Positions 10,190 to 20,713 of a stretch of 61,219 nucleotides of DNA are shown here, piece by piece (position 1 is the stretch's first letter; each line of letters starts with the position of its first letter). Both the position numbers and the translations under genes were made by a program. The notes below the pieces were generated by a model. The model made no database searches, had not been told where the DNA came from, and was given only the letters and a program-made list of their open reading frames with translations. Origin of the DNA: Candidatus Babeliales bacterium (GTDB taxonomy: Bacteria; Babelota; Babeliae; Babelales; UBA12411); NCBI GenBank assembly GCA_023128415.1, contig JAGMEA010000019.1, positions 1-61,219 of the forward strand, written 5' to 3'.

Positions 10190-13165
10190 ATGATCGATAA
10201 GGAAAAGGAAAAGTTAAGCTTCTCTCCGGGAAATTCTGGAAAGTATGGCGCCAAAGCTATTAAAGTCCTTGAAGGTCTAGATGCCGTTCGTAAACGTCCG
10301 GCTATGTATATAGGATCTACAAGTTTAAGTGGTCTTCACCATCTAGTATACGAGGTTGTAGATAACTCTGTTGACGAAGCACTTGCCGGGATATGTAGTA
10401 AGATAAAAGTAATCTTACATAAAGACGGATCATGTTCAGTTTTAGATAATGGTCGTGGAATACCCGTAGATAAACATCCAACAGAAAAAATATCTGCTGC
10501 TGAAGTTGTTCTAACAAAGCTTCATGCTGGAGGAAAGTTTGACAAAGATTCTTACAAATATTCGGGCGGTCTACACGGTGTTGGAATTTCCGTAGTTAAT
10601 GCCCTTTCGGAAGATTTAGAAGTAAAAATTTATAGAGACAATAAAATATACCAACAGTTTTATAAAAAAGGAAAGCCACAATCTCCTTTAAAAGAGGTTG
10701 GGGAAATTGAATTAAATGGTACTTATATAAAATTCAAACCTGATTCAAGCATTTTTGAAGTTACAGATTTTAACTTTGATGTTCTTTCTGCAAGATTTAG
10801 AGAGCTTTCTTTTCTAAACAAAGGCCTCAAAATCGAAATTAATGATGAGAGAACAGAACAATCCCACAGTTATCTTTTTGAAGGCGGAATTGCTTCATTT
10901 GTAAAACATGTTAACACAAAAAAAACTCCTCTGTTCAAAGAAGTTATTGAACTTAGTAAAGAAGATGATGTTTATGTTGTAGATTTTGCTTGTCAATACA
11001 ATGACGGCTATAGCGAACAAACATTTAGTTTTGTAAATAATATTCGAACAGTTGAAGGTGGAACCCATGAAGCAGGTTTTAAAAGTGCTTTAACAAAAGC
11101 ATGTAACAAATTTGCGCAAAAAACTAACCTTTTAAAGGATGGGAATTTATCTAGTGATGATGTTCGAGAAGGACTTGTTGCTGTTCTTAGTATAAAAGTT
11201 CCAGAACCTCAGTTCGAAGGACAAACAAAAACAAAACTCGGTAATGCTGAAGTTAAAGGTGTCGTGGATTCATGGCTATATTCTTTCTTTACAGAATATT
11301 TTGAAGAAAATCCTACAATCGGGAAAAAAATAATTCAAAAGGCTCTTTTGGCTCAACAAGCAAGAAGTGCAGCAAAAAAAGCTCGGGAATTAACTAGAAG
11401 AAAAACAGCATTAGAATCTTCAGTTCTTCCAGGTAAACTTGCTGATTGCTCAAATGACAATCCTGCAAGTACCGAATTATATATCGTGGAGGGCGATTCG
11501 GCCGGAGGATGTTTCTCTGGTGAAACCAAAGTTGCTTTAGTTGATGGCAGAAATTTAAGTTTTAAGGATCTTGTTAAAGAGCACCTGGAACGCAAGCAAA
11601 ATTATTGTTATACAATCACAAAAAATGGTTCAATAGATATAGCTCCAATTAAACATCCTAGAATTACAAAAACAAATGCGAAAGTAATCAAAATTGTTCT
11701 TGATAGTGATGAAGAAATAGCATGCACACCAGATCACTTGTTTATGTTAAGAGATGGATCTTATAAAAATGCTGAAGAACTAAAGACTAAAGACTCTTTA
11801 ATGCCTTTATATAAAAGTGAAGATAAAGAGCTCATTTTAGATCCTAAAAAATTAAAGTATATATGCTCAAAAACATTAAAAAATTCTTCTATAACAACAA
11901 ACACTAGCTCTCTAACTTTTTTTCATAACCACAAAATTAAAAAAATCGTTTCGATTAATAAAAAAATAGACGTTTATGATATTGAGGTAGATAAAACCCA
12001 CAACTTTGCCTTATCATCAGGAGTATTCGTACATAATAGTGCCAAACAAGCACGTGATAGACATACGCAAGCTATTTTACCATTAAGAGGTAAAATTATT
12101 AACGTAGAAAAAGCACGTCTAGACCGTATGTTAAACAATAATGAAATTAAGGATTTAATTACTGCAATTGGTGCTGGCATTGGAAATGAAGAGTTTGACT
12201 CAACAAAAGCTAGATACCATAAAATTATAATCATGACTGATGCCGACGTCGATGGCTCTCACATAAGAATTTTATTATTAACATTCTTTTTTCGACACAT
12301 GTTGCCTTTAATTGAAAGTGGATATCTATATATAGCACAGCCACCTCTTTATAAGGTAAAAGTAGGAAGAGAATCCCGCTATTTAAAAGATGATTCTGAA
12401 TTGACAGGATTTTTATTTGATTGGGCAGCTGGCAGTACCGAGCTAAAAATAAATAATCACAATTTCTCTGGTGATAATTGGAACAAACAATTAGAAAATA
12501 TACTGAAATACAACAGAGAACTTGAGAAACTAAGTCGTATCTTAGAGGTTGGTCCTAAATTTTGTCATGAATTAGCATTATTCTTAAAAGAAATTCAATG
12601 GGAAAAGGACAAGTATGATCTACAAACAACAGTAGATAAACTAAAAGAATATTTTTCCAAGTATGAAATTTCTGGGCTTGAAGAAGAAAACAATGAAGAT
12701 GAACTCGCACTAGAAGGTGATGTCGCTCCAAAAGCTATTTTAACATTTAAACATCTTAAGAGAACTTGGGAACTTCCAACCAAATTTTTTGGAATGGAAG
12801 AATCCGGGGTTTTATTAGATCTTTTAAGGCATATTGAACTTTCAGAAAAAGAACAATGGATATTAAGCCATACTGGAAAAGAACTTAAGAAAGAGGGTCT
12901 TGGATTGATAAGCCTTTGCGATACTATTATCAAAACAGGTAAATCTTTAATGACCATACAAAGATATAAAGGTCTTGGAGAGATGAACCCGGACCAACTT
13001 TGGGAAACAACTATGGATCCAAAAACAAGAAGTTTATTAAAAGTTAATATTGAGGATGCAATCGCGGCAGACCAATGGTTCACAGCTTTAATGGGTGATG
13101 TTGTGGAAGACCGCAAAGAATATATTGCGAAGCACGCACATTTCGTCAAAAATCTAGACGTATAA
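10190..13165 (+). CDS. gyrB: DNA gyrase subunit B, interrupted by an in-frame mini-intein
   Basis: GLDAVRKRPAMYIGST, GHKL ATPase and TOPRIM motifs (EGDSAGG / SAKQARDR split by the insert, IIMTDADVDGSHI), C-terminal YKGLGEMNP. Confidence 0.95.
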   Translation: MIDKEKEKLSFSPGNSGKYGAKAIKVLEGLDAVRKRPAMYIGSTSLSGLHHLVYEVVDNSVDEALAGICSKIKVILHKDGSCSVLDNGRGIPVDKHPTEKISAAEVVLTKLHAGGKFDKDSYKYSGGLHGVGISVVNALSEDLEVKIYRDNKIYQQFYKKGKPQSPLKEVGEIELNGTYIKFKPDSSIFEVTDFNFDVLSARFRELSFLNKGLKIEINDERTEQSHSYLFEGGIASFVKHVNTKKTPLFKEVIELSKEDDVYVVDFACQYNDGYSEQTFSFVNNIRTVEGGTHEAGFKSALTKACNKFAQKTNLLKDGNLSSDDVREGLVAVLSIKVPEPQFEGQTKTKLGNAEVKGVVDSWLYSFFTEYFEENPTIGKKIIQKALLAQQARSAAKKARELTRRKTALESSVLPGKLADCSNDNPASTELYIVEGDSAGGCFSGETKVALVDGRNLSFKDLVKEHLERKQNYCYTITKNGSIDIAPIKHPRITKTNAKVIKIVLDSDEEIACTPDHLFMLRDGSYKNAEELKTKDSLMPLYKSEDKELILDPKKLKYICSKTLKNSSITTNTSSLTFFHNHKIKKIVSINKKIDVYDIEVDKTHNFALSSGVFVHNSAKQARDRHTQAILPLRGKIINVEKARLDRMLNNNEIKDLITAIGAGIGNEEFDSTKARYHKIIIMTDADVDGSHIRILLLTFFFRHMLPLIESGYLYIAQPPLYKVKVGRESRYLKDDSELTGFLFDWAAGSTELKINNHNFSGDNWNKQLENILKYNRELEKLSRILEVGPKFCHELALFLKEIQWEKDKYDLQTTVDKLKEYFSKYEISGLEEENNEDELALEGDVAPKAILTFKHLKRTWELPTKFFGMEESGVLLDLLRHIELSEKEQWILSHTGKELKKEGLGLISLCDTIIKTGKSLMTIQRYKGLGEMNPDQLWETTMDPKTRSLLKVNIEDAIAADQWFTALMGDVVEDRKEYIAKHAHFVKNLDV
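11510..12037 (+). other. 176-aa mini-intein (HINT domain only, no homing-endonuclease-sized insert) within gyrB
   Basis: The insert lies exactly between EGDSAGG and SAKQARDR. It starts with Cys (CFSGETKVALVDG, block A), has TPDH (block B) and VYDIEVDKTHNFALSSGVFVHN (blocks F/G), and the +1 extein residue is Ser. Confidence 0.85.
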
Positions 13166-13188
13166 GATAAATAAAATACCTAATGGAT

Positions 13189-13217
13189 AAAGAGCTCTGA
13201 AAAAAGAGCTCTTTTTT
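13189..13217. terminator. bidirectional rho-independent terminator between convergent gyrB and the threonine aldolase gene
   Basis: AAAGAGCTCT-GAAAAA-AGAGCTCTTT is a 10-bp perfect stem. It is followed by TTTTTT on the plus strand and preceded by an A-rich run. Confidence 0.6.
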
Positions 13218-13229
13218 CTTATCTAAAAA

Positions 13230-14261
13230 CTATTTCAAAATTTCTTTTATTAATAATAAAAAGTCATCAATTTCTTTTTCTGTCGTTGAAAAAGAAGTCA
13301 TAAGGCGTACTTCATTAATATTTTCGTCCCAAATATAAAAATGATATTTTTTTTGCAATATATCAATGCATTGTGCAGGAATAGAAACAAAAACAGAATT
13401 ACTTTCAACCTTTTGGGTTATTTTTATTTGTGAAAAATTTGTTAATCCCTTTTCTAAACGCTTGGCCATTTTATTAGCAATCAAAGCATTTTCATGCCAT
13501 AAATTATCAGATAAAATTTTATAAAATTGGGTTGATATAAATCTCATTTTTGAAGCAAGTTGCATGCCTTGTTTTCTTATATATTTAAAATTTTCACTAA
13601 GCGCTTTATTAAAAAATATTACAGCTTCACCAAAAAGCATACCATTCTTAGTTCCACCAAAAGACAATACATCAACTCCGACATTCCTTGTAATATCAGA
13701 TAAAGAAACACCAAGATAAACTGCAGCATTAGCTAATCTAGCACCGTCCATATGTAAAAACATATTATTTTTATGAGCAAAATCAGAAAGAATTTGAATT
13801 TCTTCTGGCGTATAAACTGTACCTTTTTCTGTTGTTTGAGTAATGGCAATTACCTTTGGTTGAGCATGATGTTCGAAACCAAAGGTAATATGTTTTTTTA
13901 TTAAATTTACCGTTAATTTACCATCAAGTGTTGGTACATCAATTAGCTTGCATCCAGTAAAATTTTCTGATGCATTACATTCATCTACATTTATATGAGC
14001 ACTTTCAGCACAAATAATCGAATTATAAGAATTCGTTATAGTTTTAAGCCCTAAAACATTAGCTGCTGTTCCATTAAATACAAAATAAATATCTACATCA
14101 GATCCAAAATATTTTTTAAATTCTGATATTGCTTGTTCTGTATAATAATCATAACCATACGCAGAAGCAGCTCCTAAATTAACCTCTTCAATCGCCTTAA
14201 TTATTCTAGAATCAGCAGCTGAATAGTTATCACTGGCAAGATTTATAATTGGATTGTCCAT
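13230..14261 (-). CDS. threonine aldolase / beta-eliminating lyase family PLP enzyme
   Basis: LHMDGARLANAAV and LSFGGTKNG motifs, about 343 aa. The start is set at the internal Met MDNPIINLASDNY. Confidence 0.7.
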   Translation of the reverse strand: MDNPIINLASDNYSAADSRIIKAIEEVNLGAASAYGYDYYTEQAISEFKKYFGSDVDIYFVFNGTAANVLGLKTITNSYNSIICAESAHINVDECNASENFTGCKLIDVPTLDGKLTVNLIKKHITFGFEHHAQPKVIAITQTTEKGTVYTPEEIQILSDFAHKNNMFLHMDGARLANAAVYLGVSLSDITRNVGVDVLSFGGTKNGMLFGEAVIFFNKALSENFKYIRKQGMQLASKMRFISTQFYKILSDNLWHENALIANKMAKRLEKGLTNFSQIKITQKVESNSVFVSIPAQCIDILQKKYHFYIWDENINEVRLMTSFSTTEKEIDDFLLLIKEILK

Positions 14262-14336
14262 AAGATTTAACCTATATTTTATAAAAAAGCCCAAAGTTAA
14301 AGTATTAATTTTTTTTTAAGTTGCCTAGAAATAAAA

Positions 14337-15788
14337 TTATTCACCTGATGGACCAGCAGCAGCTCGGTCAACAACTGCTCGTCTACGACCATCAGATAAT
14401 TGTGAAACCGTAAATGGTGCCTTTTTTAATTCAAATTTTCCTCTTGAAGAAATACAAACTTCCGCACAAGAATAGCCTTGGGTACCTTCTAATAATGGTG
14501 GGCTAGAAACAACTGTGTAAACTTTATCACCCATTTTGGACACACCTGAATTAGCAGCATCATGATCATGTCCCCTAAAAACCGCTTTAATCTGATAGGG
14601 AATACACTTAGTATACTCCTCTAATAGCTTTCTAGTTATATCTGTACCCAAACTATTACGAAAAGTATAACTGTCACTTTCATAACCTTCCCCTTCATGA
14701 AAATCTACCCACAAGAGTTCTAAATCTAAGGGACTAGTAAGAGGTCTTTCTTCCACAGATTTTGTTTCATCTTCATAATGTTGAACAAACGTTTGTTCAC
14801 CTTTTCTTATTCCAACTAAAGTAAATTTTTTTGCAGGATTACGTTCATTTAAAAACGAGTTAATTTCTAAACCATGCTGTAAACCACCATGCATAAAGCA
14901 AAATACATCCCCACCATGAACCAACGATAAAGAAGCTGGAAAAAGTTCAAATACTTTATAAATATTTAGCGCTTCTAGCTCAGAAAAACCAATGTTTTCT
15001 AATTCCAATTCAAAATACATTTCATCAGAAGCTCGAAAACATGTAAAGTGCTCATGATTTCCCCTAAGCAAAAATACATTTTCAAAATTTCGAAGTTTAA
15101 TCTCTAATACATCAATAAGCGTTTGAACTCCATCGTCTCCTCGATCGAGGTAATCTCCAAGAAAAACTAAATAACAATTAGGATCAATTATTTTACCATT
15201 AGAATCTATAATTTTTTCACCCTCTAACATATTTAAAATATTAGAAAGACAAACTTTTTCCCCATGTAAATCACCAATAACAATCAATTTAATTTTTTTA
15301 TTTTCTGGAACAATCAATTTTTGAATAAACGGTTGAAAAGGCATAAATGACGATAATCTATCTGCAAAAACTAACTCTCTATAGTCAGATAAGCCCTTAC
15401 GCAAAAACCAAGCATCCGGCTTATTAATTTCCTCTAACGCCCTTTCTTCATACCGTAATACAACTTCTTGCAACTTTGCCTTTTTCTGCTCATTTTCTTT
15501 AAGAACAGATGAAATAAACATGCGTAAATCATTAGAAACGGAACCGATTTGTTCCTCACTGCCCTCTATTGCTTCAATAAATTTATCAACAGCTGGATTG
15601 CCCTTACGATCATAAAAAGGATCACGTAACTCTAAAAATCTCTCATAACGTTCCAAAGAATTATCAATCTCTTGAATCTCACCCAATGAATGAAGCATCT
15701 CCATAAGATCATATGGAACCAAAAAATTAATAGAAAAAATTAGAGCGAAAATAGCTGTTTTTAACTTAAATCCCATTTTTTTCTCCAT
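14337..15788 (-). CDS. secreted PPP-family (eukaryote-like) Ser/Thr-type metallophosphatase with a roughly 170-aa N-terminal extension
   Basis: GDLHG, GDYLDRG, GNHE, HGG and RGHDH motifs occur in the canonical order. The N-terminus is hydrophobic and signal-like (KTAIFALIFSINFLVP). Confidence 0.75.
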   Translation of the reverse strand: MEKKMGFKLKTAIFALIFSINFLVPYDLMEMLHSLGEIQEIDNSLERYERFLELRDPFYDRKGNPAVDKFIEAIEGSEEQIGSVSNDLRMFISSVLKENEQKKAKLQEVVLRYEERALEEINKPDAWFLRKGLSDYRELVFADRLSSFMPFQPFIQKLIVPENKKIKLIVIGDLHGEKVCLSNILNMLEGEKIIDSNGKIIDPNCYLVFLGDYLDRGDDGVQTLIDVLEIKLRNFENVFLLRGNHEHFTCFRASDEMYFELELENIGFSELEALNIYKVFELFPASLSLVHGGDVFCFMHGGLQHGLEINSFLNERNPAKKFTLVGIRKGEQTFVQHYEDETKSVEERPLTSPLDLELLWVDFHEGEGYESDSYTFRNSLGTDITRKLLEEYTKCIPYQIKAVFRGHDHDAANSGVSKMGDKVYTVVSSPPLLEGTQGYSCAEVCISSRGKFELKKAPFTVSQLSDGRRRAVVDRAAAGPSGE

Positions 15789-15882
15789 TTTTAGTAATCA
15801 TTACTCAAAAATCTATATATATAATATTACAATATGAAAAAAAACAAGCAAAAGCCCCTCCAACGCATTCCCATTAAATCTA

Positions 15883-16803
15883 TCAAGAAAATTGGGATTT
15901 AAATTTTTTGGCAAATTTAGTGCCCATTTTAATACTAGATTCATAACCTTTTTTGGAATTATCCACAAAATGGTCGTCGATCAAAATTGTGTCTTCCTTA
16001 AGAAGAAGAACAATGGTAGAACCACCAAAAGCAAAATATCCAACCTCACCACCTTTTTCGCACTGCTCTTTGGAGACATAAGTTTCAACAACTTTACCAA
16101 CACATAAAGCTCCGACAAGAACCATTACAACCTTATCAAATTCATTAGAATTTAATTTTATTAAATGTCGTTCATTGGTCATCAAAGGTTGTTCTCCAAC
16201 TTCATAAGCAATAGGATTTACAGAATCAAATTTACCTGTAATTACTTTATGTTCTGAAGGAACACAATTAAAGGGAAAATGAATTCTGTGATAATCGGAA
16301 GGAGATAATCTAAAAATCAACATAGTTCCATTTTCAAACTCTGAAGCTAATTTTTTATCACCCAAAAAAGTTTTCAAATTAAATTCTTTTGATTTAACAA
16401 AAAAATTATCTGCTTTAGAAATATTATTAATAACAAATAATTTACCATCCACAGGAGAAACAATATCCCCTTCCTCAATTACCCTAGCATCAGGCTTTAG
16501 CCTTCTTATAAAAAACTCATTAAAAGTTTTATAGCTAGATAAAGGTTCTGAGCATTCATCTATGTCAATGCCGTTCTTTTTAGCAAAAGAACTAATGTGT
16601 AATCTACTGATTCTAGAATTGGCATAATAACCTGCCAGTTTATTAAATCCACCCTTAGTTAGAAAAGAACGAACCCAATAGCCAGCTTTACTTTTATAAA
16701 AAAATCTTAATGAACGTGGTGTTTTATTCATATCATCACCCTGATTAGCAAAAACCAAAGAGCTAAAAAATAACAATAAAAAACAATATTTAAATAACTT
16801 CAT
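15883..16803 (-). CDS. psd: phosphatidylserine decarboxylase proenzyme
   Basis: Self-cleavage region GYFAFGGSTIVLL, plus DYHRIHFP. Confidence 0.85.
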   Translation of the reverse strand: MKLFKYCFLLLFFSSLVFANQGDDMNKTPRSLRFFYKSKAGYWVRSFLTKGGFNKLAGYYANSRISRLHISSFAKKNGIDIDECSEPLSSYKTFNEFFIRRLKPDARVIEEGDIVSPVDGKLFVINNISKADNFFVKSKEFNLKTFLGDKKLASEFENGTMLIFRLSPSDYHRIHFPFNCVPSEHKVITGKFDSVNPIAYEVGEQPLMTNERHLIKLNSNEFDKVVMVLVGALCVGKVVETYVSKEQCEKGGEVGYFAFGGSTIVLLLKEDTILIDDHFVDNSKKGYESSIKMGTKFAKKFKSQFS

Positions 16804-17443
16804 TTAAAAAACCAGTAATAAAAAGTTGTTTTGCTTCATTTAAATTCATTCCCCTGCTTTGTAAATAAAAAATATCTTCATCACTAATATTGCTAATTGC
16901 GGCTCCATGCTGACAAGAAACATCTTCTGCTTCAACTTCTAACTTAGGTATAGAAACTACTCGGGCAAGTTCACCCAATAAAAGATTTTTATTTTCTTCT
17001 TTAGCTCTAACACGCTGTGCATTCTTTTCTATACGAATTAAGTTTTTACAAAAAAGCTTAGAACTTCCATGTAACACACTTTTGACACATAAATCACTAA
17101 CGCTATTCATTGCAAAATGATGTTGAACAGTGTTTAGTCTTAAAACAGAATTTTCTTCTCCTTCATAAATGCAATTAATTTGAGCTGATGAGCCTTGGCC
17201 TATAAAAGAAAATTTTAAACTTTTGCTAATTTCATCATACTTATTTCTAAATTTCATTGAATAAAATAACGAACTATTATTTTTTAATAAAAAATTTATC
17301 ACAACACCATCTAAGAAAAGATCATCTACTAATGAAATGTTAATATTTTTTTCTATTTTGATTTCTATATCACCAAAAACGTTATATTTTTCAACTATTT
17401 TTTTTAAGTAAAATGTTCCAGAGTTAGAAAGCAAAATTTCCAT
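16790..17443 (-). CDS. sufD: Fe-S cluster assembly protein SufD (short form)
   Basis: Its position after sufB, and the C-terminal CQHGAAISNISDEDIFYLQSRGMNLNEAKQLFITGF typical of SufB/D. Only 217 aa. Confidence 0.75.
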   Translation of the reverse strand: MEILLSNSGTFYLKKIVEKYNVFGDIEIKIEKNINISLVDDLFLDGVVINFLLKNNSSLFYSMKFRNKYDEISKSLKFSFIGQGSSAQINCIYEGEENSVLRLNTVQHHFAMNSVSDLCVKSVLHGSSKLFCKNLIRIEKNAQRVRAKEENKNLLLGELARVVSIPKLEVEAEDVSCQHGAAISNISDEDIFYLQSRGMNLNEAKQLFITGFLNEVI

Positions 17444-17445
17444 TT

Positions 17446-18834
17446 TTAACCTATACTACCTTCCATTTCCATTTCTATAAGTCGATTCATCTCTATTGCA
17501 AACTCCATAGGAAGTTCTTTTACAAAAGGTTCTACAAACCCATTAACTATCATTGATAATGCATCTTGCTCCGAAATTCCCCTACTCATTAAATAAAAAA
17601 TTTGTTCTTCTCCAACTTTATTTACTCTAGCTTCATGCCCTATATCAACATTTGATTCTGCTATATCGATATATGGATAAGTATCAGAACAAGACTTATT
17701 ATCTAAAATGAGTGCATCACATTGAACAAAAGATTTGCAATTCTTCATGCCATTGGGAACTTTTACAACTCCACGATAACTGCAACGTCCGCCATCCTTA
17801 CTTATAGATTTTGAAACAATTTTAGAACTTGTATCAGACGCTAAGTGAATAGCTTTCCCTCCAGAATCTTGTATTTGCTTCTCTGATGTCGCCATTGCTA
17901 TGGAAAGAATATCTGCTCTCGCTCCTGTACCTTTGAGAACAACACAAGGATATTTCATAGTAATACCACTGCCCAAATTTCCATCAACCCACTCAACCAA
18001 TGCATTTTCATGTGCAACTGCCCGTTTAGTCACCAGGTTATAAACATCTCTAGACCAATTTTGTATCGTTGTATAACGAACCCTAGCATCTTTTTTAGCA
18101 ATAATTTCTACAACCGCACTGTGTAATGAGTTTCTGTTATAGATAGGTGCTGTACAACCTTCTATGTAATGAACAAAGCTACCCTCGTCTGCAATAATTA
18201 AAGTTCTTTCAAATTGTCCCATTTGCTTAGAATTAATTCTAAAATACATTTGAAGAGGCATTGTAATGTGTACTCCCTTAGGAACATATACAAAGCTGCC
18301 ACCACTCCACACGGCGCTGTTTAAAGCTGCAAACTTATTATCATTTTTCGGAATTACAGAACCAAAATATTTTTTAAACAGTTTTGGATATTTTTTTAAT
18401 GCAGTATCTGTATCAAGAAAAATCACACCCTTTTCCGTCCATTCTTTCCGGAGCTTATGATACACATTTTCTGATTCAAATTGAGTTGATAAACCGGCTA
18501 AATATTTTTTTTCAGATTCTGAAACACCTAACCTATCAAAGGTATTTTTTATATCTTCAGGGACTTCATTCCAGTTAGCCGAAGTTTTTTCTACAGGCTT
18601 AACATAATAATATATATCGTTTGGATCTAAGTTTTTTAGTTTAGATGGGCCCCAGTCAGGCAGGAGTCGATCTTCAAAACATTTCAGCGACTCAAGACGG
18701 TATTGAAGCATCCATACAGGCTCTTGTTTTCTAAAAGATATATTTTTAACAATTTCTTCATTCAAACCCTTTTGAGATTTATAAATGTAATTTTCAGGAA
18801 TAAAGAAATCCCCATTAATATCTTTTTCTATCAT
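17446..18834 (-). CDS. sufB: Fe-S cluster assembly protein SufB
   Basis: 462 aa. Contains [45 protein letters not shown]. Confidence 0.95.
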   Translation of the reverse strand: MIEKDINGDFFIPENYIYKSQKGLNEEIVKNISFRKQEPVWMLQYRLESLKCFEDRLLPDWGPSKLKNLDPNDIYYYVKPVEKTSANWNEVPEDIKNTFDRLGVSESEKKYLAGLSTQFESENVYHKLRKEWTEKGVIFLDTDTALKKYPKLFKKYFGSVIPKNDNKFAALNSAVWSGGSFVYVPKGVHITMPLQMYFRINSKQMGQFERTLIIADEGSFVHYIEGCTAPIYNRNSLHSAVVEIIAKKDARVRYTTIQNWSRDVYNLVTKRAVAHENALVEWVDGNLGSGITMKYPCVVLKGTGARADILSIAMATSEKQIQDSGGKAIHLASDTSSKIVSKSISKDGGRCSYRGVVKVPNGMKNCKSFVQCDALILDNKSCSDTYPYIDIAESNVDIGHEARVNKVGEEQIFYLMSRGISEQDALSMIVNGFVEPFVKELPMEFAIEMNRLIEMEMEGSIG

Positions 18835-18885
18835 AATAGTTTTTTCAAAAAAACCTTCTAAGGTTATTTTATAATAATAATGCTA

Positions 18886-19086
18886 TCAATCAATTTCTAA
18901 CAATTGCTCTTCTTCATGAATTTTATCAGATATCTCTATAAAAAATTTTAGTGCCCGTTCCTCATCCGTTTCATCCTTTATTACAGAAATATCCGCCAGC
19001 CTCTTATAAAATTTAGGATGCCTATCAAACCAATCAAAAAGAACATGAACATTCATGCCTAAAAATAACGCTAACAAAAACAACAT
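18886..19086 (-). CDS. small hypothetical protein inserted between sufC and sufB
   Basis: 66-aa ORF with an N-terminal hydrophobic helix. No recognisable motif. Support comes from position only. Confidence 0.3.
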   Translation of the reverse strand: MLFLLALFLGMNVHVLFDWFDRHPKFYKRLADISVIKDETDEERALKFFIEISDKIHEEEQLLEID

Positions 19087-19093
19087 GGTATCC

Positions 19094-19852
19094 TTAGTTA
19101 CTAAAACCCGATGTCTCTAATTTCTTTATTAGTTCAATACCACCAACCTCTTTTATGCTTCCATCACGCATTATATGAATATGTTTAGGATTTAAATAAT
19201 TTAAAATTTTTAAGTTATGTGAAACGATAATAAATGCTACACCCTGATTCTGTAACGCTTTTATTGCTTGCCCAACAATTTTTACAGAGTCTATATCCAA
19301 ACCAGAATCAATCTCGTCTAAAATTACTAGTTTGGGTTGTAAAACTAACAATTGTAATGCTTCAGCTTTTTTCTTTTCCCCTCCAGAAAAACCAACATTT
19401 AGTGGCCGACCAAGAAAATTTTTATCCAATTTTAGTTTTTCAGCCTTTTTTTCTACTAAACATCTAAAATCTTTAACTCCTAGCTGCCTATCTGTACCTT
19501 TGTAAAGCACATTATATGATTGACGAAGAAAATCAATCAATGGAACTCCATTGACTTGATATGGGTGCTGAAAAGCTAAAAATAATCCCTCTTTTGCTCT
19601 CTTATCGGGAGACAAATCAATAAACTTTTTGTTATTAAATAAAAGCTCACCTGAAATAATTTTATACTTTGGGTGACCCATTATTACATAAGCAAGGCTA
19701 CTTTTCCCCGAACCATTTTGTCCCAAAACAGCATGGGTTTCACCCTCTCTAACTTGAAGGTGAACATTTTTTAAAATTTCTTTACCATCAACATGAACTT
19801 TCAAAGCTTTTATAGATAAAAGCACCTTTTCCCCCAAAGTTTGAAAAATCAT
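19094..19852 (-). CDS. sufC: Fe-S cluster assembly ATPase SufC
   Basis: Walker A GQNGSGKSSL, ABC signature FSGGEKKK, Walker B LVILDEIDSGLD. Confidence 0.95.
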   Translation of the reverse strand: MIFQTLGEKVLLSIKALKVHVDGKEILKNVHLQVREGETHAVLGQNGSGKSSLAYVIMGHPKYKIISGELLFNNKKFIDLSPDKRAKEGLFLAFQHPYQVNGVPLIDFLRQSYNVLYKGTDRQLGVKDFRCLVEKKAEKLKLDKNFLGRPLNVGFSGGEKKKAEALQLLVLQPKLVILDEIDSGLDIDSVKIVGQAIKALQNQGVAFIIVSHNLKILNYLNPKHIHIMRDGSIKEVGGIELIKKLETSGFSN

Positions 19853-19893
19853 TTAAAAATATAAGCATAGGGAAATAGACAAAAAAAACAATT

Positions 19894-20688
19894 CTAGGAG
19901 AAGAAATACCTAGGATTTACTGGGCGATTTTTATAAAGAACCTCAAAATGAAGATGATCTCCAGTGACCCTGCCAGTGTGCCCTACATAACCTATAACTT
20001 GACCTTGGGCAACTATATTATTGGGTTTTTTATGGCTAACAATTCTACGCCTAAGGTGTGCATATCTAGTTTTGTATCCACTACTGCCATGCCTTATTAA
20101 AATCATGTTACCAAATGTTCCAGCAGGACAAGACATTTCTACAATGCCTGAAGCCGCTGCTACAACAGGCGTTCCCTGTAACGCAGCAAGATCCCACCCC
20201 TTATGTAGACGACACCCTCTTTTGCCAAAATATGAACTAATCCAAAACTTGGAAGGATCCACAGGCCAAACAAAAGAACCCTTAGGAACCTTAGGAACAT
20301 GACGAGCAACATAGTGCTTACGTCTCATCGTATTCAAAGGCTTAGAACGAAGACGTTGCATCCGTTTCTGCTTTAAATAGCGCTGCATACAGTACTTGCA
20401 TTTATGCAAGTGAGATGGATATTTATTAGAAGATCGTTTGGTACGCCTAGATGTGGACTTAGATATTTTCTGCTCAAAAGATATGGGAGGCAAATCGCGA
20501 TAAGCATATAGCCTCCCACCACTTACGTCAGCTATTTGACTAACTAACTCAATATCACCGGGAATAGAGGAATCTCTAGTTTGATCACTAAAAATCCCTT
20601 GGCGCGTCGCAGAGTTATTTTCCGCATGCGTAACAACCAGAAACCACAAAACTGTAGCCAGTTTAATACGAAAAGTAATTTGTGACAC
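19894..20688 (-). CDS. M23 family metallopeptidase
   Basis: HKGWDLAA ... GYVGHTGRVTGDHLHFEV (HxxxD / HxH LytM motifs). N-terminal signal peptide. Confidence 0.8.
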   Translation of the reverse strand: MSQITFRIKLATVLWFLVVTHAENNSATRQGIFSDQTRDSSIPGDIELVSQIADVSGGRLYAYRDLPPISFEQKISKSTSRRTKRSSNKYPSHLHKCKYCMQRYLKQKRMQRLRSKPLNTMRRKHYVARHVPKVPKGSFVWPVDPSKFWISSYFGKRGCRLHKGWDLAALQGTPVVAAASGIVEMSCPAGTFGNMILIRHGSSGYKTRYAHLRRRIVSHKKPNNIVAQGQVIGYVGHTGRVTGDHLHFEVLYKNRPVNPRYFFS

Positions 20689-20713
20689 TACCCTACCCAG
20701 ATGTTAAATTATT

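Noticed and set aside
12595-13149. Antisense ORFs inside well-supported genes (12595-13149, 2063-2422, 2567-2821, 11353-11595, 23695-24084, 25849-26346, 22642-22986, 41623-41943, 48959-49285 and others)
   Set aside because: Each lies wholly within a strongly supported gene on the other strand (gyrB, murA, batA/C/D, upp and others). They have low-complexity or atypical composition and no RBS. In AT-rich DNA with a long partner gene, such ORFs are expected by chance.
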